Origin: Okamejei kenojei | Taxonomy: Eukaryota | Direction: 5' to 3' | Assembly: GCA_035221665.1 (NCBI GenBank) | Contig: CM069147.1 | Span: 43,958,001-44,022,000 of the forward strand | Length of the DNA stretch: 64,000 nucleotides | Shown here: piece by piece, positions 1 to 14,370 of the stretch | Position numbering within the stretch: position 1 is the stretch's first letter | How the letters are laid out: each line of letters begins with the position of its first letter | Position numbers and translations under genes: made by a program | The notes under the pieces: model-generated | Seen by the model: only the letters and a program-made list of their open reading frames with translations | Database searches by the model: none | What the model was told of the DNA's origin: nothing

Positions 1-622
1 TTAAAGATATACTAAGCCATGACTATCATTTATTTTTAATTTAATGCATTTTACTTTGTTCCTAGTGATAAAAAAAAAGATAATTTGATTGAAATATTTC
101 TGTTTTCCATTAATGGCTTTATAGCTTTTTGAATTTTAATCTACTTTATTTGTGTGTTTTAGGATTTATAGAGATGCCTTAATCCTTTGTCTAATAGCTG
201 AATATAAGTAAGATGCACTGAATAGGCTAAGCTTAGTGCTAAGATTTAAGAGTAGACTTGTATCACTGTGTTACATATCAAATAAACAAAAATTATGAGC
301 TGGAGTCTTTTCCGTTTCTTCCACATACCCCAATTATTATTATACTTTGGAGAACATATGTTTGATCGCATATTTCATTTTCATGTTATTTTTTAATGAA
401 CTTTTGTCTTGTTGTCTTATTTAAAAAATTATTATGATTCAAATGATCTGAATCTTCAACCATTTATTAGCATTTATGAGTACTTAGATTAACAATAAGA
501 CCATGAAGAATTGTCGAGTTTGAAATATATTGAGGCTTTTAAAGTGTAAACAAATAAAGACCATGTAGTCCATTTTAAAATGGTGTTCATGATTAATGTC
601 AGTACATCAAATGAAGCTCCAG

Positions 623-3135
623 ATGCAAATGTGAGCGGTTCTAATACATGTCACATTCAGCAGAATATGGGGAGGGGGGGGGGGGGGGGAATGCTAAAAT
701 AATAGGAGGGTAAAGAGAAAAAAAAAACAATCTCAGAAGGGCAGCTGTCTTACTCCCCAGCTTGGAAAAAGGCTGTTCAATAGGATTACTGTCCTCTCCC
801 ATAACCTATCAGTCGGCTGATCAGAAATTCATAATGCAGGCCATCTATTTTTCAGCTCCAGCAAGGTTGCATGATTGAATTTAAATGAGCAAATGCCAGA
901 AGTGGGCTTTGACATTCACTCTACATACTGTCTTTTTCTTCCCCCTGCTTGCCACCATCTCGTAGCATGCAAATAGGAAGCTGCGATGATCACAAGTGAT
1001 CACAAAATGGAGGATTTCAGCAGAGCGAGGGGAGTGAGGGGAAAATAATATATAATATAAATGGTTGCTGTCGTGCTGTCAGTGGAGAAATTGCTGTTCT
1101 GAAGCCATTTGTGTTGAAATTAGTAGAAATAAAATTATCTCCGCACATCTCTGGACTGTCCTCCATTACAGCCAGCCATTTGCAATCTCCCTATTTGATG
1201 CTGTTGATAATTATCCGACAGAAGCGTATTGCAAGTGTCTGAAAAAACCCAAAAATTATCTTGGAAGTGTAATGATACATAATACAGCGAGAAGCAGCAT
1301 ATTTAGATCCCACTAGTGCATAAATAGACAAATTCTGCAGGAGTCCGTAATGTCAGTGGTGTCGTTTATGGGTGTACCTTATTAGTTCTAACAGGCTGGT
1401 TAGTATGGGGTCACCTCCACGGCTGCTGCACGTCACAGCAGGGTCATGCATCTTCAGGCTAAAACCAGGCAAAAGCAAGCTGAAGATTCTGTCGGATCAG
1501 TCCAGCATGCAAATGTTGTCTTTCTTTTTCTTTGTGCATGTGTATCTGCGTGTATGGGTGCGTGGACGAGTGTGTCTGTTTTCTATTCTCTTTCTCCACC
1601 AGCCTCCTCCCCCCTTGCTCTATATCTGCAGGACCATGTGATCCTGTTCTGGGCACGGGAGATAAAAGAAGTACAACAACATGGAAGGAAATAAAGGGCA
1701 TCAGTTATCTTTATTCCTTACATCTCCCCCACCCCATCAGACATTTGGATGAAATTTAAAACCTTTTAAGAACTTTGTGTTTTTATTCAAAACAAGTTTT
1801 CTGTGGCTCGTTTATGTTTTCTTAAATTGACGAGTTTAAAAAAAAAAAAAATGTGACTTGCTTTCAATATGGTCGCCCTCTTTTAAAAAACGGTTGTGTA
1901 ATTTAATTGGCTCTTCCATAATTCGGTTCAGAATTATGTTTTATCATTTAAGCAGCATTTATTCTCGGTAAAATGTGGGGTTGCATTTATTTTCTGGGGC
2001 TGGAGTGTTCTGATGTAGCTGCACCCTCTGTTATGAATGTTTTCATCAAATTCAGTTACCCAGAAGAGAGTCGGCAGACATGTGATTAAAATTATGTTTC
2101 TCTTATAAAGTGTTCAATCAGTCCAGACTGGACCTTTTTGAATGACAATTTCATCCGAATTTGTGTCCTCGACTATTACTGAGTTATTTTTACACACGAA
2201 GCAGTTTTTGAATATATGGAAGACATTTGCACTGCTTTTAATCCCAGGCACATGCCTGCAATGTGGTTCTAGCCCCTAACCACCAACTCCTCAGAGCAAC
2301 GTCTGGAAAAGTGACTCTTACAAGTTACGAAAGCCTTCAGGTTTTCCTTTGTAAAGCGTTTAACTGTGACCCACCCCTCCTCTCTTCCCTCCCCCTATCC
2401 AAGGCTTCATGATGTCTTGCCTGCTGGCTTAACATGTAGTTGTCTTTTTATTTTTTTATATACCAGTCACAACTCGGAGAGAGGAGGGGATAGCAAAACC
2501 TTGAAGGATGGAGCTCAAAATTCAAAGCAGCCACAGGGAATTCCAAGGCAAGAGCACAAGGCAAACAAGCTGAGGTAAGGCAGTTCTATCCTTTTCCTCG
2601 TTTTATTTATGGCCTCGTAGTGCGAGACTTTAAAAAACTTGTACTTGACTGCCAAAGCAGATGAGCATGGAAATCATGTGAATATGCAAAGCAGGCACAC
2701 AGGCTGCGTTTGTGACACGTGTATGTGTGTATCCACCTCCCCTCCTCCTTGCCTCTGCGTCTGATCCTCAACAGATTGCTGTTGTTTCTTCTGATCACCA
2801 GCCCTGTGTGCAGAGAAGGGCTTCAAGCTCAGAATCATGACATGATTGCAGTGTTTTTTAATGTGTGCTTTTCTAGCTCATTTGCATGTCAAAGCCACGG
2901 AGGTGTGAGGGCAGAGATTAGTATGGATATGACATAATGATGTAATGAATTGAATGTGATCGCTTATGCAAGTAAGCAGGCAAGGACTTCTGATTTACTG
3001 TACAAGGTTGATTAGTGCCAGGGGCTGTCAGAATGCATTCTTTATTAGGGATGATTTTTTTGAAAAAATGATAGTGCTTTTCAGTTTTATTTGTTTTCAC
3101 TGCAGCTTCATTTTTTAACCTGATTTTATTTGCAT
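623..3135. promoter_or_regulatory. Candidate promoter/enhancer region with clustered POU octamer motifs
   Basis: ATGCAAAT at 623, 967, 1507 and ATTTGCAT at 2880, 3128; no recognisable TE; G-tract at 669-689; adjacent candidate exon. Confidence 0.4.
2467..2574 (+). other. Candidate 108-nt spliced exon of an unidentified gene or lncRNA
   Basis: Pyrimidine tract plus acceptor (tctttttatttttttatataccAG) and strong donor GAG|GTAAGG; length is a multiple of 3; one frame is open throughout. Confidence 0.5.
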
Positions 3136-6100
3136 GGAATTTTATGATCATTAAACATGAAGCACAGCTTGACAATCAGACATTTATTGCCAAAATTTAT
3201 TGAATCCACAGCAGAATTTGTGAACAAAAGATGCCTAGTTAAAAATATGGCGCACAAATATTTCTACTTATTATTACTTGTTATTTTTATTTATCAATAC
3301 AGGGAAATCTAGAGCTTTACATTTAACAAAGCTGAAGTCAAATCAGGGATGACTTAAACTGAGTTGCGTTTGCATTCAGAGTGCTGATGATGTGATGTAT
3401 CAGCCAAGTTTTGCAATTGCCAGTTTATTAATACTTCACAGAATTTAATTTAAATGTTCTTTTATTAAAAATTATTCTACTTTTTAATTTTTAAATCAAA
3501 TTTTCATTGAAGCACGTGGCCTACTGTTGAACAATGCTGTAATTCAGAAATATTGAAGGAAAGAAAAAGCACATTAACCTTTGTTTTTCATGGATTTCAT
3601 CCCAGACATTCATCCGCTTTTATACAAGCCGTAAGTCGAGTAAAATAAAACTTTGCGTCTGTAAAGCAGTGAGATGCTGTTTGTTCTCTACCTGGTGTTT
3701 TAACTTGTAGAACGCTTGCTTTGCTGCCCCTATAAGCATGCAATTGCTACAGAGCTCCCACCGAAACCCTAGTCTGTAGTGCCAATAAGAAAGAAAGGCA
3801 GAAAAGAGGATTATTACTATTGATCCACCCAAGGGGATCATTAAACATCAGTATCAATCCACAAATCAGCAGTCTGTGGTAGTTGCTTGGGCAGTCATTG
3901 GCAATTTGTCCCTATTAGATGGCCTTGCCCGAGGTGTCGATGATGAGAGTGTGTCTTTATCAGAACTTCAGATAGTAATTTTAGAATTTTTTCAAAACAT
4001 TCCCGGGTCACATCAGAACATGGAATAACAATATTTTGGTCTTTTAAAAGTGATATAGGCTTAATAAATGTACTGGAGTTGCCAGATCTTTCATCCCCAT
4101 TATTACTTTATGGAAGTAGATTATTCTTTCTGGGGATAGCAGTTCACATTTTATTATCAGTTAACTAGAAATTCATTTTAGATTGAATTAATAAGTTAAG
4201 TTAATACATATAAAATAAAATTCACACAATGCAATGTACAAATAAAATAAATGTCACATCCTATAATTTATATGTATTATGGAAAGGGAAATACACAACT
4301 GATTGTATCAGTAATTTACTGATCAAAAACTGATATTGATCTTCAGTAATCATAAATCCATAGTGGTTATTTCTTACTTCTCTGTTACTTTCACGTTTTG
4401 ATCATTGGCAATTTGGGTGTCTAAAATACAACATGGTGAATTACTTGCTACCATGTATTTTATTCATTTTCTTCAGGGTATCGATTTAATGTTTGGCTCT
4501 GTGAAGTTAACGATATAACTGCATGTAAAAAAACACTGTTAAAAGTAGATTTGTAATTTTTTTTTCCAGATAAAATGCTCTAAAGAAATGCTCTCAATAT
4601 TAAAGCAATGATAACTGTATCACAATGGTTCGGTATCATACACGTTCGATGTAAATTCCCCTTGATCAGTTCTTGTGCTTTTTCTATCATTTACAGATGT
4701 GTCTTTGGCTCTCGATATCTTGATTTGCGTTTCTGTATTTATGAAGATTTTTTTCAGACTAAAAATAATTCAGACTAAATCTTCCATCGCTCACAACCCA
4801 ATGTCAAAACGTGAAGAAATATCTGTGAAACCGTTATTATTTATCAAGGCAGAGGTGATTTCATTCTCAATCTCATCATTGTACAGCAATAAATAGCTAA
4901 AGTTAGATGTACACCTGAGCCTCATTATTGGGACAAATGATTTGACTTCAGTGAGTTAATTGAAGCCCATTACTGATTAAATAGTTTCTTTCAACCTTAG
5001 TACATACATAAGCATTTAGCACAAAATGTTATATAATTAATTTTTATTCTTGGATAATTGTTATGCAGCATAATCTACACATTTTATAGTTTTGTTTTCA
5101 TTGTGAGCCCATATATGATGATGGCCATTTTTATCCACATTTTCCCGTGGAAATAGAGCACAGATAATAAAAAAGAAAAAATATTATAAAGCAGATCAGA
5201 ATTCTGAATTACCACAAACTAACTTAAATTTAGCAACTTATATCACCAAATTATCACTTATATCACATCCTTATTTTAATCAGGACCTGAATGGGGAAGC
5301 ATTAACTTAAATGCAGCATTTTAGAAAGTTTGCATTTAACAAAAGATTTTAGTGGTTATCCTTTAAGATTAAACCAAGCATTGACCTATTATTAACAAAA
5401 TATTAATACTCGTCATTACTTTCTTTATAAATTTAATCTATTATTTAAGTTACTGACATTTCCAATAAATTCTAATCAGTACTTTAAATGTTGCAGTTTA
5501 AAAAAATGGCTGTACCATTTTTTTACTAAATAGCACGTATGTGCATAAAACTAAGTAGTATTTGCTCATATTCTCTTTGGCTAAAGTAGATGTTTTAGTT
5601 AATGTTTGATTCAAAGTAGATGCTTTACATTGATAATTTGCTCAATAATTTAGAAGCTAGATTTTGCTTTACTTTTACGCCTTATTCCTGGGCCTTTACT
5701 AAAAATATGATTTCAATGTTATCTATAAGAAAGGGATTGAATATCAGCTGCAATTCCTGTATGAATTGCTAATTATTTGTTCTAATTTGTACTCTGGTAA
5801 TAAAAACTGAAATGCCACAAATTATTTACCAAAGGTCATTCATGGAAACATTCATTCATAATTGTAACTGCAGAATAAACTAAGAACAGGGAATTGAAGA
5901 TTAATATTACACTGTGATATCTAATCAGAAATTGTGATGTTACAACATGGAAAAGAGAAAATGTAGAATTGTTCAAACATAATGAAGGGAACTAAAGTAG
6001 TAAATGCGGTACAAATGTGAAGGAACTTAAGTACATATTCTACCCTTGTCCTTTGCAACACGCTACATATTTGCAGCAAACCTTTTATTGCATGCTTATT

Positions 6101-9100
6101 TACAAAAATAATCAAATGCACATTAGCTTTGCATTAATGAAACATACATTTTGCATGAATATTTCATTTAATTGGATCTTTTAATATAATGCCACCTGAA
6201 ATCCACCATTCCAGGAGCTTTATTCCATGGATTTGCATGTTTAGTATATGTTGAAGAGGGCCTTATCTGTGAACGATTTATGGAGTGTACAGTAATTTTC
6301 TGTTAATATGACTGTAAAAAAAAGTCACAAGCCTTAGTGTGCACAGTTTTCATGCAGATTTTTATTATATTAATTATAAACTGCAAATTACTGAGAAGAT
6401 CAGAAGTAATTCCATAATGCTGTCAACTACTTCATTTTCTTGGGTAGATGATGGATGTAGCAGAAGAGGTGACTTCCTGGATCATTAATGTATACTATAG
6501 CTTTTGAGTTTTATTAAACTCAGTGCATATTATACATTGGTAGTCACTCTCCTTTCCATGACCGTGATTTCTGTATTACCATGAAATAGCTCAGGGTAGG
6601 CCTTTTCTTGACTACAAAAATGGTACTACGTAAAAATAACTGAAAGGAAATTAATACTGACTACTAGTCTGGCGCAGCCAACCCCGGCTCAATACCTTCC
6701 AGATTTCTCTTCCTACAACATTTTTGGCTTCCTCAGTTACAGTATTATTATTTAACTCTGTTAACCCTGGGTTTTCGCATTGAAAGTTACCATGCATTCA
6801 TAAGATCCTTCGATGGGTCTGGAAATTTGGATTTAATTATTATTCCATCTTTGAACCTGAGCAGCTAAAATTTTGCAGAATGAGCTTTTTACAATTCAGA
6901 TGAATCAGTGCGCTTGGGTAATGCATCACATGCGCTAAATACTAAGACTGTGTGGATTGCAGATGCAAAAGTAATTTTATTTATGAAACAATGGCGTTCC
7001 GTGCTTTGTACATCTAAGACAAGAGGGTTCAAGCGAAGAAAAACACTTCATCATTTTGGTTCAGTAAAACATTTCAGAGCCAAATAACACAATATACTCA
7101 GAAGAAATTTGATATCTTCTAAGTTTGTTTCTCATACCCTTATTTCTTAAGCAAAGAATATTTAATTTTAAACACTTGAGTTTATAATTTGAAATGGCTG
7201 CTTTTTTGCAGTATTGCCTGTAGATGGCAATGCAGTCTATCGTCTTTGCTTTATCAAACCATTTGATTTTAAGGCTGTACGTATCTCACTATTGTGTAAA
7301 ATGATAGCTTTTTAGACAAAGGATGGTTTTTATTGGAATCTAATGATATATTTGTAATTTTTTAGTGTTCTTGAAATCTGGTGACTAGTGGCATGTTTGC
7401 ATGATTTTTAATGTTTTTTTGGGTTGCTATTCTAAAATAGCAAAAATATAGAGGGATTTTAAATTTGACTCCTGCAAACAAAGGAATCTTTTGACTATTA
7501 TCACTGAAAGACTTTGTAGTTGCATGCTTAGATGCATATGTATATTGGACGATAATTTTTAAGTGCAGGGACAGGTTCGTAGAGCTGACTTTCTTAAAAA
7601 TTAACTCTTCAAAAAAGATTTTTCATGCAATTTTTTTTTACAGGCTTCAATTAATTGAGCTGCTTTTCAAAATCTATGTCATTTTCGTTACTACTTCCCT
7701 CAATTTTACAGAAGTGGTTTTCAGTGTAATACATAAATGACACTCTACTTTTCCATTTTTTAAAATGAAATTTCATATTTTTCATAGGCTTGACCCACAG
7801 TTGAATGCCTTTTATGACTGGTGCTTTATGCAAGTGTTTTTGTTAAAATTGAGCTTGGATGTACAGTCCTTGAAGCTTCATATTTCTCACATGGAAATGA
7901 AACAAAGGAAAGCTCGGTTAATTTTGTGTGTTCCGGTAATTAAAGAATGAACTCTTTCCTTTCAAAATAAGCTCTCGTTTTTCCTTACTGTTGTAAAACA
8001 AAATGTTGATTACTTTTGAATTAAGCAAGCTTTATATTTTTAGATCGCATTGTCTCCTTGACGCCTATTGATGTCAGTTCAATTTTTGACATTTTCTCAT
8101 TTGGTAAGATTTCAAAATTGCCGTCATCCTGCCAACGTGTCGAAAAAATTGTATGAAAAATCTAATGGGTGTCTGCTCTGATCGCCTTCACCCGTGGCAG
8201 AAAAGACAAAACTGATGAAATGTGAAATGTATTCAGAGTGGTTTGAGACAACAGTGTGTCAATAACCCCTTTCGTCTTGTTATGCTCAGTGCAGCATACA
8301 CGCTTGTCGTGACACGTAGGTTTGTAGAATTTAGATTAACATTTTTCACATTCACCTAATGTACTGATTTATTCCTAAATAAACGCACTAAAATATGTAA
8401 TATCAGATAAGAAAATGAATAATTGTTTCACGTTTGAGGCTCCTGTTAATTTTGTTTTGGTTCACGTATCATTTCAAACAGTGCCTGTGCAGCATGGGTG
8501 CTGTAGGATGCAGTCAAAAAAAGGATTTTACTTTTCCATTCGTTAGAACATTATTTATTTCTTACGGTTCTCGTTTTAATGTTCTGGTCTCCACATTGAA
8601 GTAAGAAATTCTAGATAGTCCTACAGTTAGTTTTCTGTGGCAATTCTTAATATGAATAGAAATTGGCCTGTTCAACAACAAATTATTTCTATAGCATGCC
8701 TTGCTTTCTGTCTGAGGTAAAAAGCTTGCTCTTGTTATCAATTTTATATTGTTTGATTTCTACTGCTTACCAAACTTGCCTGCTGTAATCACCTTTTGTG
8801 TTAAATGCCAATCTGATACACTTCATTGCTACATGATGCAAGTTTCTTTTAAATGTAACATAACCATTACCTTGAATCTTAATAAATATACAGATGGACT
8901 CTGGTTTTGAATAAAAATTCATAAAATAATAGTTTATTTAATTTGCACTAGAGAAGCAACTTACAAAATGGAGGGACTGACATTTCTGTCTTGCAGGATA
9001 TAAATGCATGCAACACAAATATATCCTTTTGGTATATTTGCATTTTTTGCTTCTATTAATGTGGTATTAACTGTAATTAAATGGCAAAAACAGAAAAAAG

Positions 9101-12100
9101 CCTTTGGTGAAAATTTAACAAAAAGGTTAAGAAAAAGCCATCTAAAGGTGGTCATTATCTGTCAGCTCCAGATTCACTTGAGATTTAATATTGCATACAA
9201 ATTTATATTTTGAATGATATTTAAAAAAAAAATCTAATAAAGAGCGAGTATAAAAAATTAAATGCAATCGATGACTGCTGAAATATTTCTTTTGAAATCT
9301 TTAATATTTATCATGCAATATGGGCCATATTTATGAAATTATTACTTTGTTGCATTTTTATTTTTAAGGTTATCAATTGTATTTCATCAGCTCAATTTGA
9401 TTTTAAATAAATAAAATGTGCTGTTGATAGAAAGATGTATTTTCAAATTCCAGTGTAAATGTATGTTTTATTTCAGTGGGTGAAGCTGCAAGACTTTCTT
9501 AGTCGATGCAGCAGATTGCATTGTATTCAAAAGCTCATGTTTTGTTGCACACATTTGAATTAGCAAGGAAATTCTGCAGCTTGCATGCGACAGTCTCATT
9601 CATTCCATTTTTTTTTCCTCATGAATTCAGTGAATGGTATGCGAAGAGAAAATGACAGCTGATAAAGCATTTGTCTTTATTTGTCAACCAGTGAATCAAA
9701 TATGAGAATTTGGAGGAAGAATTCCATCACGAGAATCGTAAGGGAATGACCATAAAGAGGGCGCAGTGCTGAGACCAAAGATGCATCTAGTGCCTTCTAA
9801 CATATACCTTATTCATTTTTTTTCTTTGAACTCAGTCAGGGGTATAATTGGAATTCAGACATCAAAGAATTCCACCACTTATTCTATCTCTTTCATTGTG
9901 TATTTCAGTCGTTTTCATAATTCTATATTAATCTTATATTTGTTCGATTTTCCCCTTATTTTTTTGCCAATTCATTTTGTTTAGTAATTGAAATACAGTC
10001 TATGAATTATTTTTCCAGCATTAAACAAAACTGGTGGAATGTATGCTTGTGTTGTCTGTCTGTCTGTTACTGTGAAATGTTTGCTTAAAGCACGCTGTTA
10101 CAGACTTTGTGTGTTGCAAATTCTAGTTTTTTTCTAAGAAGATTAGTAATAATGAGACCGACTAATTAGAATTTGTAACAGAGGTATAATAATAGTTGAA
10201 TTCTGGGTTTCGTACAAATAATGTTATCATTTTCTGTAAAGACTGAATAACTATTTAGTCTTATGAAACAAAGCATGTTTGTAACAGATTAAATAAATAT
10301 TGAATCATCATTTTATTACACATAGGATCACTGGAACAATATAGTTTTGCTTGTGCGTATGACAGTTTCATTCTATCATATGATGAATAACACAAAGCTT
10401 TATTTTATCTATTATATACCGACTTCCTCAGTGAAAACGGCATTCGTATAGTTCACAGTGACGCTACCAATAAAATGCAAATGCACTGCATCCTAAGCTA
10501 TGGTACTGTGAACTGGATATGAATCTATGCAATGACACAAGTGGTATCTGTCCTTTTCATTTGAAGTAATGCCCTATTATGAAGTAAGATATTTGCAACA
10601 TTGATATGTGGCTGGCCAAAAAAAGAATTAGATATGGTATCTGATATGAAAATGCAAGTAATAAATAAATGCACAGTTCCAAATTTATTAAAGCTAATCT
10701 GACAAAACTCATTCCTTGGATAGGCTTAGATTACAACAGACTTGCAAGGAGAATAAAATATTTGTGTCACTTGAGGCTATTTGGGGGGCATATAGCAACG
10801 AGTTACTTTTATCGTTCTTACAGTGAGTAGAATTTGAACTTAATATTCCATGAAATAAGGCAACACCATCAAGCTATTGTAATCACTTCAGGTTAATAGA
10901 AGAAGTAAAATTGTCTTTCTCGCACATATTAGAGCAAGACAGCATTATTAAAGTTTTGTGGACAGGCAGTTAAAATATATCCTCTGTGGCTGACGCAAGT
11001 CTTTTCAGTTTAGATGACAGCTTTTCAAATCTTAATAGGCTGCTCATTTCTGGTCTGAGAGTTTTCAGCACTTCTTTCAAATGTGGGCTGTAACATGAGG
11101 TAAAAACTGACATAACGAAGTGTCATGTATTGCAGAAACCTTTATTCAGTAAGTGCCCCGTGATAAATTGGTGTCAATAAGCAAACAATTAGAAATAGTT
11201 TGTGCCACCCTCAGGGCTGTTTTCATGATTTGATTTCTAAACCTTTTCTCCTACTCTCGTTGGTCATTATGCACTATAAAATTGTATGAAGAAGCAATGA
11301 ATTAACACAAAATGTATTTTATATATTTATTTATGCAGATATGTGCTTAGGAGGTTCATGGCAAAACAGTATTCTCTTCAAAGGAACAAGTTTGTATCAT
11401 TTTCTTTTCACATACGGCTCCATGTTACAGAGTGAGATGCAGATTAACACTATCTCTGATGTTTGCTCGAAGCTAGTAATACTGTAGAGTAACCTTGTTG
11501 CAGAGGTGTATTCTGAGATTGCTAAAAACAACCGTTATGCTTTCAAATATAAAACAATAGATTAAGGTTAAGAGTTAGAAGTATATAAATTTCAGAAATC
11601 AGACTATACCTGACAATTAATTTGAGAATTGAAGTAGGGTTTAAATTCTGCGCACAAGATGTACCGAAGAGGTACGTTTTGATATCAGCTTTTTCGTTGT
11701 GCTGTTTATCCACTGTGGCACTTAGCAATATGCAGTTATGCATTGCACTGTTAGCAAAGTTTCCATTCTGATATTAAAGGGTTTGTACAGCTTCGCTTTG
11801 CTCATAAGCTTACAATGAATATCTTCCCAGAGTATCATGTATGCTTCTATTAGGATGGATGCAGATTGTGTGTTGAGCAGGTTACAGGTCAGAGGCATTA
11901 AATACCAGGCAATTTTCTACTCAAAAATGCAGTAAACCACAGCTTAAACATGTAAAAGTAGCAACATCAGTAGAGAATAAATATATTTTTCATCTCAATG
12001 CCGCCACATTTATGTCTGATTTCATATAGCATCGGTGCGAGGAAAACAGGAAGGATGGTTGTTGGTTACAAATATTTATCAAACATAATTCCCGCAGGAC

Positions 12101-14019
12101 TACAGTCCACACATTTTTTTTCTTATTCTTCATGTGCTAAACTGTAATGTTTTGCATTTGAACTTCGTTAAACGATATATCACAAAATTAATATTTTGAT
12201 AGTACAGCTCCTTATGCTGCAGGCCTTGGGACAATGTATTTACTTATTTTTATATTTTGCACAGCAGTGTTATTTCATTACTTCATTCTGATCTGAATGC
12301 AAAATTCAAAACCAGGTCATAATCAAATATATCAGATATGTCCATAGGAAAGCAAAAATGATTCTGTTTTCTGAAATTATTCAGGCAAAGGATGATTCGA
12401 TGTTCAATAAGGAACATTTAATAGTGGAAAAGGAAAATGTTGGTATTGGAATGTAACCTGAACCTCTGCGTATTTTACAAATGATGTGAGACTGACATTT
12501 GAGCAGCCAGAAATATGTTTAATTCTGGGGATTGAGGCCTGCTTGTGGGGGTTTGGGTTCTCATTATTACCATTGTGATGCTTTAATGGCAAGAGACTAC
12601 ACTCGTTACAAAAAAGCAATCTCATCTTATTTGCTATGACCAATAATTTCAAAACAGTGGAGAAAAAAATGTGAAAATTAATAAACACGATCATTTTTAT
12701 TTTCATTACATTGAGCAGTAAAATCCAGTTAAATTAGATTTTTTTTCCTTTTTGAGGTGGATTTGTGGAAAAGAATAACCACTGATGCCTGGATCACTCT
12801 CAAAATGTAAACTTAATATACTGTTTCCTACTGAATATTTCAGTAAAAAGCTAAAACTACCTCAAAAGACAGCCACAGGATGCACGATATTTAGTGTGGT
12901 TATGATTAATACAATTTATTCAAACACTAAAATATGTAATTTGGTCGAGAGCTTGTGTTTCTAATAACACAGTAGCAATGTTCAACTGTTCCATTAAGTA
13001 AAACTGACTGAAAAGCTTTCTGCTATTCTGGGACTGATGGAAATTTCAATAGCTTATTTATACAACATTCATTGCAGCAGACAAAAAATAACTTTAAGAT
13101 AAGAGTGACCACTATTGAAATAAAGCTTGAAAGAAAATTCTGGAAGCAGAAAAGTGGGCATATTCCATGAGTCGACATTTAGTTACTATTGTGCCAGTAC
13201 CAAGATATTTTTGTTGCAGAAATACTGTATGTATCAGGGTAACTTAAAAATGCTTGCACACATTTACACTATGCCTTTCAACCTGCTTATGGTTTCATTC
13301 ATAATGCATCATTTTAGGATCAGTAAATCATCTCTTTAGCCATAAACAGTTTCAAAAAAGAATAAATCCTGATATTTTCCAATGTTCTTGCAATAATGTC
13401 AATCACTAACACATGGAATGATTTATTTAATAGATTGATTATTTCATTTCTGGCCTTTCTAGGGCTCAAAAAGCACTTGAAAGAATAAATTTAATGTGGC
13501 CTTGTGCACCAGGAGCTGAGGAGGTGACAGAAACATGAAATAATTTATACGTCTCACACTCTTCTATCTGTCTTATATCTGCCTTGTGGTCATCCATAGA
13601 GCAGCATTAAATTCTTTAAGCAAGTATACATTTGCTCTTTGCTGTACGGTTTAAATTAGTAAAATGTAAATTGATGGTTTACCATGCAATGTCTTATCAT
13701 AATTTATTTATGAGATGTGTCGTGTACATGGCGGGAGAACAAGCGAATGCAGAATCCCACATAGCTGCATGGACAATAGCATGTAAGACCATGTTATTTT
13801 ATTCGCATCCCAGTGCATAATAGCACATCTGAGCTTCATTGCAGAAAGAAATGAAAAGGTGCTAAACCATGGAAGTTTCTGTTTTTAAAAAAAAATCAGA
13901 AGTCTTGCATATTATCAGGGAAGTACTGTAATCGTTTCTTAATGATATCTTTTATTGTCGATGCGGCACGCACTCAAGCAATTTTGAGTCGACTGTGTTT
14001 GAATCTAAAAACAGGAGCA

Positions 14020-14370
14020 GCAGTGCTCCGTCCACATGGCCTTTGAGCCGCTCCATCACTGTACAATCATTGCTGAACCTGTGGCTCGAGTCCGTTTTTC
14101 TGCTGAATATCCTTGTCCTCGGAACACCACAGTGTCCAAAAAATCTATCTGTCTCGCCCTTGAATATACCCAGTGACTGAGCATCTGCTGTGTTTGAGCT
14201 GGAGAATTCAAAAAGATTTATCACTCTCTTCATAAAGAAATTTCTCCTCATCTCGTACCTAAATGACTGACCCCTTATCCAGAGACCATACCTAGTTCCA
14301 AACTCTCCAGCTAGAAGATATCGTCTCTCCATATCTATCCTGTTAATAACGAACCTTTGGAATTGAACAT
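14020..14370 (-). mobile_element. Old CR1-type LINE 3' fragment
   Basis: ORF 13952-14437 reads GTRYGLWIRGQSFRYEMRRNFFMKRVINL, matching the CR1 ORF2 C-terminal TRGH..RK.FFS.RV motif. Confidence 0.75.

Noticed and set aside
1065-1759. Overlapping 75-89-aa ORFs as protein-coding genes
   Set aside because: No recognisable domain; they run through GT-rich and pyrimidine-rich low-complexity sequence
600-3200. Naming the locus as a specific conserved lncRNA or gene
   Set aside because: The architecture is suggestive, but I cannot match the sequence to any named gene
4307-4323. Perfect short palindrome ATCAGTAA-T-TTACTGAT
   Set aside because: 8-bp arms are expected by chance in 64 kb of AT-rich DNA
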